A stretch of 64,000 bases of DNA from Octopus bimaculoides. Lineage: Eukaryota. Numbering within the stretch: the first letter of the stretch is position 1; every line of letters begins with the position of its first letter. Below the pieces are notes generated by a model, which was not told the DNA's origin, searched no databases, and saw nothing but the letters and a program-made list of their open reading frames with translations. The DNA lies in NCBI RefSeq assembly GCF_001194135.2, contig NC_069001.1, positions 39,505,180 through 39,569,179 on the forward strand. The letters are read 5' to 3'. Positions 39,544-52,670 of the stretch are shown here, piece after piece. The position numbers were made by a program, and so were the translations under genes.

Positions 39544-40322
39544 ATCAATTCGTCTTTTGTTTTTTACCACACATACCCACAATGTGTGTCTTAAGCGCTA
39601 TCTATTGCTATGAAATGATGTTTGTATATTTATATTGTAGAAAATTATAGCGTTGAAGCTTTGTATTGATAAATGTAAGACCCTAGTGCGGTGCGTGTGT
39701 GTGTGTTTGTGTGTGTGTGTGTGCGTTCGTGCATGCACGTGGTACATGTTGCCATTATTATTATTCACTAAACTTTCACCTAAAGATGTCCAGTTACACC
39801 TAACAACAACCATTTCAATGGAATATGTCAAATAAAAGATGTTTTTCATAATATATTTTACAGCTGCCATTTATTGGGTGGTAGTCACTAAATTAACATT
39901 ATTCCCATACCAGAAATCGAAACTGGATCGCCCAGGTGAAACACAAAATCGAAATTAGTACGCTACAATTTATTACATCCATTAATACTACAACTACCAC
40001 CACCACCTTTGGTAGCAATGGTGGGGGTGGTTGTGTGTGTGTGTGTGTGTGCGTGTATATATATATATATATATATATATANNNNNNNNNNNNNNNNNNN
40101 NNNNNNNNNNNNNNNNNNNNNNNNNNNNNNNNNNNNNNNNNNNNNNNNNNNNNNNNNNNNNNNNNNNNNNNNNNNNNNNNNNNNNNNNNNNNNNNNNNNN
40201 NNNNNNNNNNNNNNNNNNNNNNNNNNNNNNNNNNNNNNNNNNNNNNNNNNNNNNNNNNNNNNNNNNNNNNNNNNNNNNNNNNNNNNNNNNNNNNNNNNNN
40301 NNNNNNNNNNNNNNNNNNNNNN

Positions 40323-40364
<42 letters not shown>

Positions 40365-40430
40365 CGTGCGTAGGTATATGTCTGTGTGTATATATACATA
40401 TATGTTTGTATGTATGTATAAGTCTACATA

Positions 40431-40489
<59 letters not shown>

Positions 40490-40526
40490 NNNNNNNNNNN
40501 NNNNNNNNNNNNNNNNNNNNNGTATA

Positions 40527-40589
<63 letters not shown>

Positions 40590-41069
40590 GCATGCATGCA
40601 TGCATGCATGTCTGTGTGTTCGTTCTACTCCCGTCATGCTCTATTTTGTCTTCTTTCTGTGGCTGATTGGATAAATATCATTAAAATATTGTTACGTGTA
40701 ATGAGTTGCGAGTGGGTGTAATGCGGGGTGTTCTGCTGACACCAATAGCTGTCAAACAAGTCTCTCGCACATTGTACACAGATCTCGTTAGAGGGAGCGA
40801 CAACAATGTTTTTACAATAATAATCTTAGTTGGACAGAAGAAAGAGAATTTTTTTTGTTTTTTATTTAGAATGAATTAATCAATATTGCAGCCAAGTTTT
40901 TCAACTCCATAATCTTAATTGTATTAATTAGTAAGCCACGTAACTATAGAAACGCAACGTGGAGACCAGTTATTTCGATTCTGTTTGTATGTGATTTTAT
41001 TTTATCATGCGATGGATTTTATCTTATTTCGTAGCCAAACGTTGAAGAATGTTTTAGGATCTAAGATAT

Positions 41070-41266
41070 GATAATTCTTTCTACTACAGGCATGAAATTT
41101 GAGGGGAGGGATCTAGCCGATTACATCGTTTCTCGTGCTCAATTTATTGACCTCCGAAAGAACGAAAGTCGACCTCGGCGGAATTTGAACTCAGAACGTA
41201 GCGACGAACGAAATGCCGTTAAGCATTTCGTCCGGCGTGCTAACGATTCTGCCAGCTCGCTGCCTT
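41070..41266 (-). mobile_element. SINE-A, full length
   Basis: Reverse complement aaggcagcgagctggcagaatcgttagcacgccggacgaaatgctt..ttctgagttcaaattccgccgaggtcgacttt. Confidence 0.9.
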
Positions 41267-41281
41267 AATAATCGTAATTAA

Positions 41282-41440
41282 GGCTTCCAATTTTGCCACA
41301 AGGGCATCCATTTGGCAGGAGGGGACAAGTCGATTACGTCAACCCCAGTGTTTCACTGGTACTTAATTCATCGACCCCGAAAGTATGAAAGGTCGAAGTC
41401 GAACTCGGAGGGTTGAACTCGGAACGTAGCATTTCGTCCA
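41282..41440 (-). mobile_element. SINE-A, partial
   Basis: Reverse-complement core gggtcgatgaattaagtaccagtgaaacactggggttgacgtaatcgac. Confidence 0.8.
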
Positions 41441-41467
41441 GTATATTCACGATAATAATAATAATAG

Positions 41468-41871
41468 TCTTTTACTTGTTTCAGTCATTTGACTGCGGCC
41501 ATGCTGGAGTACCACCTTTAGTCGAGCAAATCGACCCCGGGACTTATTCTTTGTAAGCCTAGTACTTATTCTATCGGTCTCTTTTTGCCGAAGCGCTAAG
41601 TGACGGGGACGTAAACACACCAGCATCGGTTGTCAAGCAATACTAGGGGGACAAACACAGACATACAAACACGCACACACACACACATATATAAATATAC
41701 ATATATACGACGGGCTTCTTTCAGTTTCCGTCTACCAAATCCACTCAGAAGGCTTTGGTCGGCCCGAGGCTATAGTAGAAGACACTTACCTAAGGTGCCA
41801 CGCAGTGGGACTGAACCCGGAACCATGTGGTTGGTAAGCAAGCTACTTACCACACAGCCACTCCTGCGCCT
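41468..41871 (-). mobile_element. SINE family B (tRNA-derived, internal TG/TA microsatellite), full length, young
   Basis: Reverse-complement head aggcgcaggagtggctgtgtgg (A box)..ccgggttcagtccc (B box), body ctactatagcctcgggccgacc, 3' end gcatggccgcagtcaaatgactgaaacaagtaaaaga. Confidence 0.9.
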
Positions 41872-42484
41872 ATTATGATAATAATAATAATAATGTAGGT
41901 ATAATGGTGTAACATTTGCCACGTAATAAATATGTCTATGCACAAACATAGGTCAATACTTTGCTTTAATATCGATGAATTCTTTAATTAATGGTAACAT
42001 ATTGCACTATACACCGCTGGAATACATTCACCATCATCATATACATACATATCAATGTATGTATGTGTATGTATGTATGTATGTATGTACACATGGTGTA
42101 TTGTGGGTTTACACAAGCGTTAGTCAATTCGATTAAAGCGAGAAAAATAGTTACTCTCTCCTGCTGGATAGAGTGGCATGACATTATTCAGTGGAAGAGT
42201 TTCCCCGGACTTCTTAACAACAACGCATCCCCACCCCACGCACATGTGGCATGTGTGTACATGAGCGCGTGCGTGTTGCGGGAAAACATGTTCAGACCAG
42301 TAAGATTTCTGCATTTTGACTGTAATGTATAAATCATTAATACATTCATGTGTGTGTGTGTGTGTGTGTGCGTGTGCGTGTGCGTGTGCGTGTGCGGGGA
42401 CATACATACATCAGCAAGCTTACAACAAGACGTGGACATCCCCCCTCCTAAAATCTTCGTTTGCGAAGGAAGCCAAAAGAGTGA

Positions 42485-42748
42485 TATATATATACATATG
42501 TGGTATGTGTGTATGTATATGTGTGTATATATGTGTGTATATATGGGTGTATATATGTGTGTGTGTATATATGTGTATGTATATATGTGGTTGTATATAT
42601 ATATGTGTATGTGTGTATATATATGTGTGTATATATATGTGTATATGTGTGTGTGTGTATATATATATATGTGTATGTGTGTATATATATGTGTGTATAT
42701 ATGTGTGTATATATATGTGTATANNNNNNNNNNATATATGTGTATATA

Positions 42749-42787
<39 letters not shown>

Positions 42788-42860
42788 GTGAGTATATATA
42801 TATGTGTGTGTGAGTATATATATATGTGTGTGTGAGTATATATATATATATATATATATA
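42485..42860. repeat. Compound (TA)/(TG) microsatellite field; similar fields at about 18205-18510, 19488-20250, 40034-40610, 47860-48105, 50449-50700, 60350-60450, 60670-60970, 61140-61570
   Basis: Directly visible; source of most YI/VC/TH-repeat pseudo-ORFs. Confidence 0.97.
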
Positions 42861-43169
42861 ATGTAGGTGCAGACATAGCGTGTGTTTACTTCATAAGTTT
42901 GTGGTTTGTGTTTCGATCCCACTGTGTAGCCCCTTTCGTTACTCCTCTATCGTGGCCTCGATTTAACTAAAGTTTTGTTAGTGGAATTCTGCCGAAGGAA
43001 ACATGGAAGTATGTCAGAGGAATCATTTTTATTCTGACGAGGCAGGCTTAATAAGTTTCGGGTTAAACATTACCAGTGAAGTCCACCTTGTCAGCTAGTT
43101 TAACACAATCACCCGTTGACGCATTGGGGTGTCTCCAGCAGAAACCACGTTTGCTGTCTTTCAAGCCAA

Positions 43170-43309
43170 GTCTTCTTTCTGGAGCAGCACCTTAAACGGT
43201 TTAGTGGACCAAATCAACCCCACTATTTATTTTAAGTCTGACATTTATTCTGTCCGTTAAGTAAACAAACCAACGCCTGTTGTGCAGCGGTGGAAAGACA
43301 AACACACAC

Positions 43310-43372
<63 letters not shown>

Positions 43373-43520
43373 NNNNNNNNNNNNNNNNNNNNNNNNNNNN
43401 NNNNNNNNNNNTTCGTCAGCCAAATTCACTCACATAGCATTTATTAACCCGAGTCTATAGAAAAGGACGTTTGTCCATGGCGCCTCGCGGTGAGACTAAA
43501 CCAGAAACTTAACTACACAA
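43170..43520 (-). mobile_element. SINE-B, diverged, with expanded (CA)n and gap
   Basis: ggagcagcacctt..tcaaccc..ggttgt..gacaaacacac..aaattcactcaca..tatagaa. Confidence 0.55.
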
Positions 43521-43582
43521 TCATATCAGTGCCTCTCTCTCTTTCTCTTTCTTTTATCTATCGATCTATCATGCACACACAT

Positions 43583-43632
<50 letters not shown>

Positions 43633-46064
43633 GTATCATAGAAAAGTGCAGATCCATTTGTATTTTTAAGATGTCTGCAAATGAAAGGTCCAAAGCAGTG
43701 TGTGTTTAGCGGCGATAGATTTGTTAATCTAGTGATTGGTTTAACGTTAAGAGAGCAAATAGAGTAATCGATGAAGTAGCAACAGTGGACAGATTTCGTC
43801 CGATTTCTCATGGCAAACATGAACTGGTATTCGGTCTTTCGTTTATTCTGGAAATCGTTGTAAAATCTTTTGAAGACAACAAAAGCTAAATTGACTGAAT
43901 AAAGGCTTTCAGGTGAAACAAGCAAGAACTTTGTGGCCTGTGTATTGGGGAAAGAGAAAGGTGGAGGAGTAAGCATTAGTGTTAATTACCATGGCAACGA
44001 CCACTCGCATTGATGACTTGCAAGAAATTATTTATCATTTGGACGACTGCCAATATTTAATCGAATATTCAGAGATACGAAAAGAATGTGATAGGAGGAG
44101 TGGCCGAGATTTTAAAACAAGTTTTATTCGTCAACAGTTGGTCTTCTCTGCTCTAATTGACGGTCAATATGAAAATGAAAGCAAGCTAGCTGGATATTAG
44201 CAGTCAACTGAACAGACTGGCCTATTGTAATATAAAACAGAATCTAGGTGTAAGTCATTAATGTGTTCGATAGAAAACTGATAGCAAGATCCTGTGATAA
44301 TGTATTGACAACAGGCTTTGATTAACGAAACCAACTTTACAATACCAATAGCTCAATAGATTTGCTAAAGAATAGAAACCTAATGTTTAAGCCATTAACA
44401 ACATCTTGATATGCCATATTTAGTCACAAACTTGGTGAAAACATCTTTCAGTTGCAACAGATTCGAACCAATGAATGACGGGGCATTTCAAGTGACCTGC
44501 ATGAAAGAGAAGTCAAATTGTCCTCCAAACTAATACCGTCTTAAGAAAGGGTTCGTTGGAAAATGTAATCTTGAAGTGTTTGTTTGTAGGGGAAAAAACG
44601 GGTTGGTCATAGCAGCTAGGGTTTTGTTGAGTTTTTCTTTTACTGGAGACTTTCCTAAATTAAAGATAGATTCCTGAATTGCTACTTCTTCTTCAAGTCT
44701 GTGTAACAATGGAAGAACGAAACGTTTCATGATATAGAGAGGTGTTGCAAGTACATTTCGATAGAAAAGTAATCGATATTGAGTCTCTATCGATGTGATG
44801 GTCATTAAAATCAATACAACTGTGTTTCTTGTGTTACATTGATGAAGCTGCCATTCACCTAATGTCACTTTAGATTTTGGGTGGTGGTGGTGGGGTGGTG
44901 GGTTGTGGTGGCCAGAGGTGTGGTGTCTTGTGGTGGGTGTCCTCTACTAATAGCTCCCTTTCTATTTTCATTTGTGTGTGTGTGTGTGTGTGTTTGTGTG
45001 TGTGCAAAGAGAGAGCAAAAGAAATTGATATTGATTTGTGAAATATGCTTACAGAGGAACTTTTATTGAATCTTCAGCAGAAATCGAAAATGTTTTTGTT
45101 TTTTGTTTTTTTTATCTAATTCGGCTGACTGAGATCGCTAAACAAGTTGTATATTAGTAAATGTAAAGATTGGAGTGTTTATGATTTCCCAAAGACTTTA
45201 ATACGAGCACGAAGTGAAATCCTTCATTTGACCCCCTCAGAGTTGATACGAATGTTTATTATTTAAAACAGAAAGTGATATCGTATTACCAGTTGATAAT
45301 ACTATTTTACACCTGGCGCTAATCAGATTTATGTTTGTATGTGTGTAAGATAACTGATTCACAGAAAACTGATAGAAGAATCATTTAGAAGAATCGTTAA
45401 GAATATTTTAATAGAATTTAAGGCAACAAATCCGTAATTCAGGTTAATCAAAAATGATTTGTGACTAAAATCTCAAAATCTTTCCTAAATATGATTCTAT
45501 TAATGTGTGTAGTCTATCTGATTTATGGTGGAATTAAAAATTGATGCTCCTGATTCAGTGGATGTCTTTTGAAAAAGTCAGCGTGACTGCAGTTTGACAT
45601 AAAATTTATCGATTGATAGATTAATGATACGAAGGACTTAAAAAACTATTCTCAGTTCAATGCTTATGTTATATTTGTTTCGTTTATGTTCTAGGTTCAA
45701 ATCCCGCCAAAGTTGACTTCCCTCCTTCGGAGGTTCGATATAATCGACTGCATGCTCTCTCAAAATGTATGGCCTTGTGCCAATGTGGAAATCGATATTC
45801 GGTTAATTGTTTTATTTAATGATAAAGTATTGAACCAAAGGAATTATACTTAACTCGCAAAACACATTCCCGTCTTTCTGGGGGGTTTTTATGTCTAGAT
45901 TTATGGACCTTCTAAGAACTGTTAAAGATTTGGATTATATCGTCCCATTCTTAAGATCGCTAAAAGAGTAACACTCGAACTTGTTTCATTGTGGTTGGCT
46001 ATTTCTTTCAATAGTTAAGGTTGTTAAAAGTGAAACACTTAGCTATATGTCGTGCCAAACGGAA

Positions 46065-46161
46065 TAATTATTTCTATAATAGGCCTGAATTATTTAGGGG
46101 AGGGGGCTAGTCAATTACAACGACCCCAGGTCTTAACTGATAGTTATTTCATCGACCTCGA
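46065..46161 (-). mobile_element. SINE-A 3' part running into a gap
   Basis: Reverse complement tcgaggtcgatgaaataactatcagttaagacctggggtcgttgtaattgactagcccc. Confidence 0.7.
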
Positions 46162-47319
46162 NNNNNNNNNNNNNNNNNNNNNNNNNNNNNNNNNNNNNNN
46201 NNNNNNNNNNNNNNNNNNNNNNNNNNNNNNNNNNNNNNNNNNNNNNNNNNNNNNNNNNNNNNNNNNNNNNNNNNNNNNNNNNNNNNNNNNNNNNNNNNNN
46301 NNNNNNNNNNNNNNNNNNNNNNNNNNNNNNNNNNNNNNNNNNNNNNNNNNNNNNNNNNNNNNNNNNNNNNNNNNNNNNNNNNNNNNNNNNNNNNNNNNNN
46401 NNNNNNNNNNNNNNNNNNNNNNNNNNNNNNNNNNNNNNNNNNNNNNNNNNNNNNNNNNNNNNNNNNNNNNNNNNNNNNNNNNNNNNNNNNNNNNNNNNNN
46501 NNNNNNNNNNNNNNNNNNNNNNNNNNNNNNNNNNNNNNNNNNNNNNNNNNNNNNNNNNNNNNNNNNNNNNNNNNNNNNNNNNNNNNNNNNNNNNNNNNNN
46601 NNNNNNNNNNNNNNNNNNNNNNNNNNNNNNNNNNNNNNNNNNNNNNNNNNNNNNNNNNNNNNNNNNNNNNNNNNNNNNNNNNNNNNNNNNNNNNNNNNNN
46701 NNNNNNNNNNNNNNNNNNNNNNNNNNNNNNNNNNNNNNNNNNNNNNNNNNNNNNNNNNNNNNNNNNNNNNNNNNNNNNNNNNNNNNNNNNNNNNNNNNNN
46801 NNNNNNNNNNNNNNNNNNNNNNNNNNNNNNNNNNNNNNNNNNNNNNNNNNNNNNNNNNNNNNNNNNNNNNNNNNNNNNNNNNNNNNNNNNNNNNNNNNNN
46901 NNNNNNNNNNGTATCAATGATTCTATTTATTTAAAATTCGGCTTTAGATTTATAGAGGGAGGGGGTAGCGAAAAGGAAGGTGAGGGAGAGGGGTGGTTAG
47001 AAGGAAGGTGGCGGTAGTGAAGGGGAAGGGTGGGGGTGGAGTTAAATAAGGTCGAGCGAAAGGTTTTGTATTGTTGGTAGATTAATGCACTTATTAACCT
47101 CAATACTTTCCATCTCCCCCTCCTGCTTCTATTACATACATACACACGCACGCACGCGCACACACACACAAATACTTCTTCCCCCCCCCCACTTTCCTGC
47201 ACTTTCTCTCTACTTTCACTTCACAATCTCCATTTTTCTCTTTCGGTATGTGTATATATAATCCTTTCTATCTCCCTCCGTTCTACTCTCCCTCTATCAC
47301 TGTCTCTCTCTTCTCCCTT

Positions 47320-47354
<35 letters not shown>

Positions 47355-47545
47355 TTCTCTCTCTCTCCCTTTCTCTCTCTCTCTTCTCTATCTATCTATC
47401 TATCTATCCTGATGTATCAAATCCTATATATCAACAGAAAGCTGCTGTGGTAACCTTTAACGTCGGAAGAACAATCACGTCTTCCATAAATCAGGAAGAA
47501 ACTAAATATAAAATGCTTCCAAGAAATGTGATCTGATGATATTTG

Positions 47546-47687
47546 TTGTTTAACCCAAGGCTAGAAATGATCAGATAGACCTAGGAGAGTCTAGACATGC
47601 CCACCACGTCTTTTATTGTTTAGCCCAAGGTTAGAAATGATCAGATAGACCTAGGAAAGTCTAGACATGCCCACCACGTCTTTTATT
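47546..47687. repeat. 70-bp tandem duplication x2
   Basis: ttgttta(a/g)cccaagg(c/t)tagaaatgatcagatagacctagga(g/a)agtctagacatgcccaccacgtctttta; 3 mismatches. Confidence 0.95.
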
Positions 47688-47858
47688 CAAAAAGGTTATC
47701 ACAGTCTACAATGTCCTTTTCTAAAGACAGGGATTTGACTGTTATTTCTAGGAAATCAGCCAGACATATAGAAACCCTCTCCTCATTGATGCTTTTCTAT
47801 ATATTATTATTATTATGTCTACTTAATTCTATACATGTGTGTGTATTTAACTATATGC

Positions 47859-47926
<68 letters not shown>

Positions 47927-48149
47927 ATGTCTTTACATATCTATATCTCTATATGTGTATCTGTCTGTATAACAATATATCTGTATATAAGAGTGTGTGT
48001 GTCTATATATCCATATACGTCTGTCTGTGCGTGTTTAGATGCATATGTGTACCTGTGTATGTGTATGTGTGTGTGTATGTATGTGTGTGTGTATGTATGT
48101 GTGTAAGTGAAAACTGTTCTGGTGAGGAATCAGGAAGACAAAGAGTTCG

Positions 48150-48320
48150 TGGAAACATCCCAGACCACGTTGAAGACCCAGGAAGGCAGTAGAGCGACCA
48201 AACAATGCTGACCAACAACTAGCACTGCAAGAGTGGTGGGCAACAATTCCACCAGGACTGTCCCACCGTCCTCCTGGCGGATTTGATGCCACGGCGAATG
48301 CAGCTGCTCCGGGAATTCAC
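48150..48320 (+). mobile_element. Tc1-like transposase C-terminal remnant (frameshifted)
   Basis: RPNNADQQLALQEWWATIPP then shifted LLADLMPRRMQ, similar to the Tc1 C-terminal ..L.EEW..IP...L..SMPRR motif. Confidence 0.5.
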
Positions 48321-48897
48321 AGAAGCCTGTCGCAACTCAACCATTTCAAAGACAGAAGAAGACCTAATTCTACACCAAACACCAAATTGTTTTCATAACT
48401 TCCTCAGAACTACAGCAATGGCTCATAACCATAGCTTCAATAGAATACTATTATCATTATTATTATTATTATTATTATCATTATTATTATTATTTATTTA
48501 TTAGTCTTATTATTCAGTAGTCTTATTTTTTGCGTTCTTTCACAGCACAACTGGGCACAGCTCCATGAGTTTTGGATATGTGCAGAATTTTGTTTTAGTT
48601 TTCTATTGTATTGAATGTATGCTGTGTGTGTGTGTGTGTGTGTACGCGCGCGTGTGTGCTATTGTCTGTATGCTGCACGTTTGTGTGTGCAAGACTTATA
48701 TGCTCACCTCCCCCAATGTATGCTTGTAGTACCAAGAAATATGTATGACAATCTTGCCGCGCTTCTGTTCCAATGAAGACGAATATATAAGAGTGTGAAC
48801 GGGCATGAGTATAGATATATGGCTTCTTGCATCCATTTATGTGTTACTTGAATTATATTTCACCATCAAATGCAATATTGTTTAATAATCTATGTGA

Positions 48898-49080
48898 CAT
48901 GCTGATGACATCCTTGTATTAACATTATCTCGCGAGGAAACCTTTAAAATATATAATGCATGTAATAATTTTGATGAACAAATTGGACTGGATCACCCCG
49001 ATAACACGGGTTCCTTATCGCTGCTTAATTTTGAATTGAAAATCAAAGAGAATGGATCCGTCTCCACTCACTTTATATAT
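48898..49080 (+). mobile_element. Penelope-like element reverse transcriptase remnant
   Basis: Translation HADDILVLTLSREETFKIYNACNNFDEQIGLDHPDNTGSLSLLNFELKIKENGSVSTHF resembles the PLE RT YxDD motif followed by the HP..LxxLD thumb region. Confidence 0.6.
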
Positions 49081-50448
49081 ATACTCAGTGAAGCGAAACA
49101 GCCAACAGCTTTTCACGGGGTTTTAAGCTGTGGAGTTAACTGGGTCTTCGAGTTTGCATAATATTCCATTTAAATTGCTATATAATATTCCATTTAAATC
49201 GTTTTGTATTTAAACCAAACAAATCGATACCATATTGAATGAAACAAACACGAACTATTAACAAATTTGCTTGTAGATTCATAGAAACAACCAGCTGCTA
49301 CATATTTCTGTCGAACCTACAATGGTTTAAAGACAAAAATGTGATTTTGTAAGACAATGTTTGTACGAAACAATTAAATTACAAACTTCTTCCTGGCTGG
49401 TAAAGTGTTTGCTGAAAATTTCAAGTATGCTTTCTAAACTAATGTGACACTTACAGAGACCTACACGGCTAAGTCGAGAGACTGTAAGAGTTGGTAGGGG
49501 AAATCTGAACATTTTCAGAATTTCAATGAATGTAATTAAAATGGAATAAAGTTGTTAAAGTTTATTGTAGCTTTAAACCAAACCTAAATATGAGTTTGGT
49601 TTAACTAACTTATTGAATGCTGAGTCTGTGAGACATCATAGGTGGTTCATTGTAACAGAACTGTGAACGTTCCAGTCACTGGATATTTCTAAAGACTTCT
49701 AAAGTAGTATTTCTCACAGGATCGTAAAATAATATTCACTAAATAATTACTTAGTCTCTGAGACGAAGTATTTTCATCGCCACTAAGTTAACTTTATATT
49801 TTCTGTTCCTTTTCGCTCAACAATATTTCCAGTAATTTCCTTCATGTAAATTTAGCTTCTCCTGGACAAGACATCAAGCAACAGGTTTTCTCCATTAATT
49901 TTTTTGATAGTGACTCGTTTTTCCGCCCCACGTGGTATACTTTTCCTGCAGATCATCTCTGGATGTAATTCACCAAGTATTGCGTACTCTTCTCTCGTAG
50001 TAGCTTGTACAACATTCTTTCAATGACTAATGTACTCCCTTATCATACACGATATTCTTAACCATTTTCTTGACATCACTCAAGAAATGTTGGGAGGTGG
50101 GGCTGGAATCAAAGGAGGCGGTGGAGGGGTTTTCCTTTATTATCAAATTTTCATTGAAGCCATTCCTGATTATTGTAAATGTCTGGACTCTGACCAGAAA
50201 TTAATCCTCCTCGCATGACTCTCCAGCATGTCGTCTGCTTTATCTGTAATATGGCTGTAACATGAACCGTACTGTTGTCTGTGATATTAGATAACCGAGT
50301 CAGACAATTATAATTATTAAAACGTTGTTGTCTAGGTTAGAATGCCCTTCTGTCCCATGTCAAATAAAGTTCTGCAAACGGAGAGCAGTTAATGATTTTT
50401 CAATAGTCAGATGATGTTTGCTTTCAACTTGTAGTGGTGAAACATCAA

Positions 50449-50508
<60 letters not shown>

Positions 50509-50658
50509 NNNNNNNNNNNNNNNNNNNNNNNNNNNNNNNNNNNNNNNNNNNNNNNNNNNNNNNNNNNNNNNNNNNNNNNNNNNNNNNNNNNNNNNNNNNN
50601 NNNNNNNNNNNNNNNNNNNNNNNNNNNNNNNNNNNNNNNNNNNNNNNNNNNNNNNNNN

Positions 50659-50698
<40 letters not shown>

Positions 50699-51259
50699 GT
50701 ACGTATATGTAATGTAAGAGTTGTAAAATATTTCAAACTATATTTTACGTCGTTGAAACTCAATAAACTGAGTGGAGGGGACGGATATGTTTGATATCAA
50801 AAGTAGACAATCTACTTATTTTCGCCCCGGGTCGGGATATTCAGGAATGTGGATTAGAAAATGCTGCTTATAACTTAAGTGCGAGTGGAAAGGCTTGTGT
50901 ATGTGAGGTGGGTGGGGGGATAAATGTCTCTGAAAACTAATTTAAAGACTTCGAGATGTTCTGCGAAGTTATTGTTATTGTAAGTATGAATGGGTCGTGA
51001 CAATGATTAATTCTCTTCTTGCTTCCAATCAATAGATTTAATTGAAACTATTAGAAAAAGGTTAAATCATTGGGGTTGACTTTTGTACCGGTTCAAACAA
51101 CAGGTCTTAATTGATATTGTCTGAGTGATTAAATCTTAGAGGTGGATAATTATTCTGGTTCAGTGGTCAAGTTTCTACAAAATGAAGGTTGTTGAGGATC
51201 GGCCAAATATTTGTATACCTGGAAATACCGACGCACACAAAGAATAGATGCATGCACGT

Positions 51260-51298
<39 letters not shown>

Positions 51299-52324
51299 CT
51301 GTACTCAATATTAGTGAAAATTACCGTAGCTCCGTCTTCCATAGATTGTATCTATTAATACAGGACTGTCATAGCTCCCTCTTACATAATCTTTTAATGG
51401 TTGATTATTAATTAATGATTTTTTCGGTAATCAATAATGTGCTCAATATTATAGAATTATTTTCTAGTAGGTTCTTATATATATATATTTGCATATATGC
51501 ATTGACGAAATCGGTAGAGCGTCATTCAAAAATGCTTTGCGACATTTAGTCGTGACCCTTTCTGTTCTGTTGTGTGGGCAAGTGGTTAGGGTTCGTTTCA
51601 CACTAGTTGTTCGGTCGTGGGTTCACTTTTTGGCCCCATTGCTGCATTATGTCCTTTGGTAATATCTTTCACTTCACGCTGTTTCAGTACGCTTGGCATT
51701 TGAGGACTAAACATGCTTCGGACTGAAGTTCCATTTACGAAGGAATCTTACACCATCAGTCGTTTAAACGCCAAGACAAACTTCTATCCAATGGGCCCGT
51801 AGCTTTGACGTAGATTCTAACTTAACGTTCTGCGTTCTAATCCGACCAAAGTCAACTTTAACGATCTTCTTTCCGGAGCCAATAAAATAAAGCACCGGTC
51901 AAATTCACTGGAAACCTTGCGCTTTCCGTTGGAAATCCGTATTTACAAATATTCAGCTACTTCCGTAAACGGTACCGTAGATGAGAATTGAACCTATAAC
52001 GAAATATGTGAAAACTCCATTGTAATAAAATTAGTAAGAAATCAGTTGACTAATTCTTCAGAACCATTCTTTCGACACCAAATATTATTCAATGACTTTA
52101 AAAAAATCCCAAGTTGAAATATTTATTTTTTGCAGTCACATGTCCACAGAGAAATCGCTGATCGTGAGACAGGCGCCATATTGAACTAGTTGAATATTCT
52201 ATGATATTGATTTATCACATTGATGGGGGGGGGGGAGAATTTGTGCCAGTATTTAACTGGTACCGCTTTAAATGACCCCCGGAAGGATGAAAGTGTATCC
52301 TTTTTGGTTTTATGAAGCCCAGTT

Positions 52325-52670
52325 GAGAAACTGGGGGTAGAGGTGGTGGTAATAATGGTGAGGGTGGTAGTGGCGGCTATGTTGGTGATGATGGTGGTGG
52401 TTGATTAGTTGAAGAGGACGGCAACGGTGGTGGTGAGGGGGGGTGATGATGGTAGGAATTGTTGTGTATGGTGATGAAATCAATGATCGTGATGTTGATG
52501 ATGGATGTGATAATGGTGGAACTGATGATATATTGTGGTGGTGGTGGAAGTGGTGGTAGTGGTGGTGGTGGAAGTGGTGGTGGTGATAGTAATTTTGTTA
52601 GTGGTAGTGATAGTGATTATTGTGGTGATGATGTTGGTGATGGAATGTGTTTATGATGATGATGGTGTCG
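52325..52670. repeat. GGT/GAT trinucleotide low-complexity tract (similar at 58610-58965)
   Basis: Directly visible. Confidence 0.9.

Noticed and set aside
44530-44868. 112-aa minus ORF
   Set aside because: No motif, splice sites or codon signal that I can support.
38952-47687. 30-bp and 70-bp repeats as CRISPR-like arrays
   Set aside because: Head-to-tail tandem copies without spacers, eukaryotic context, and no cas genes.
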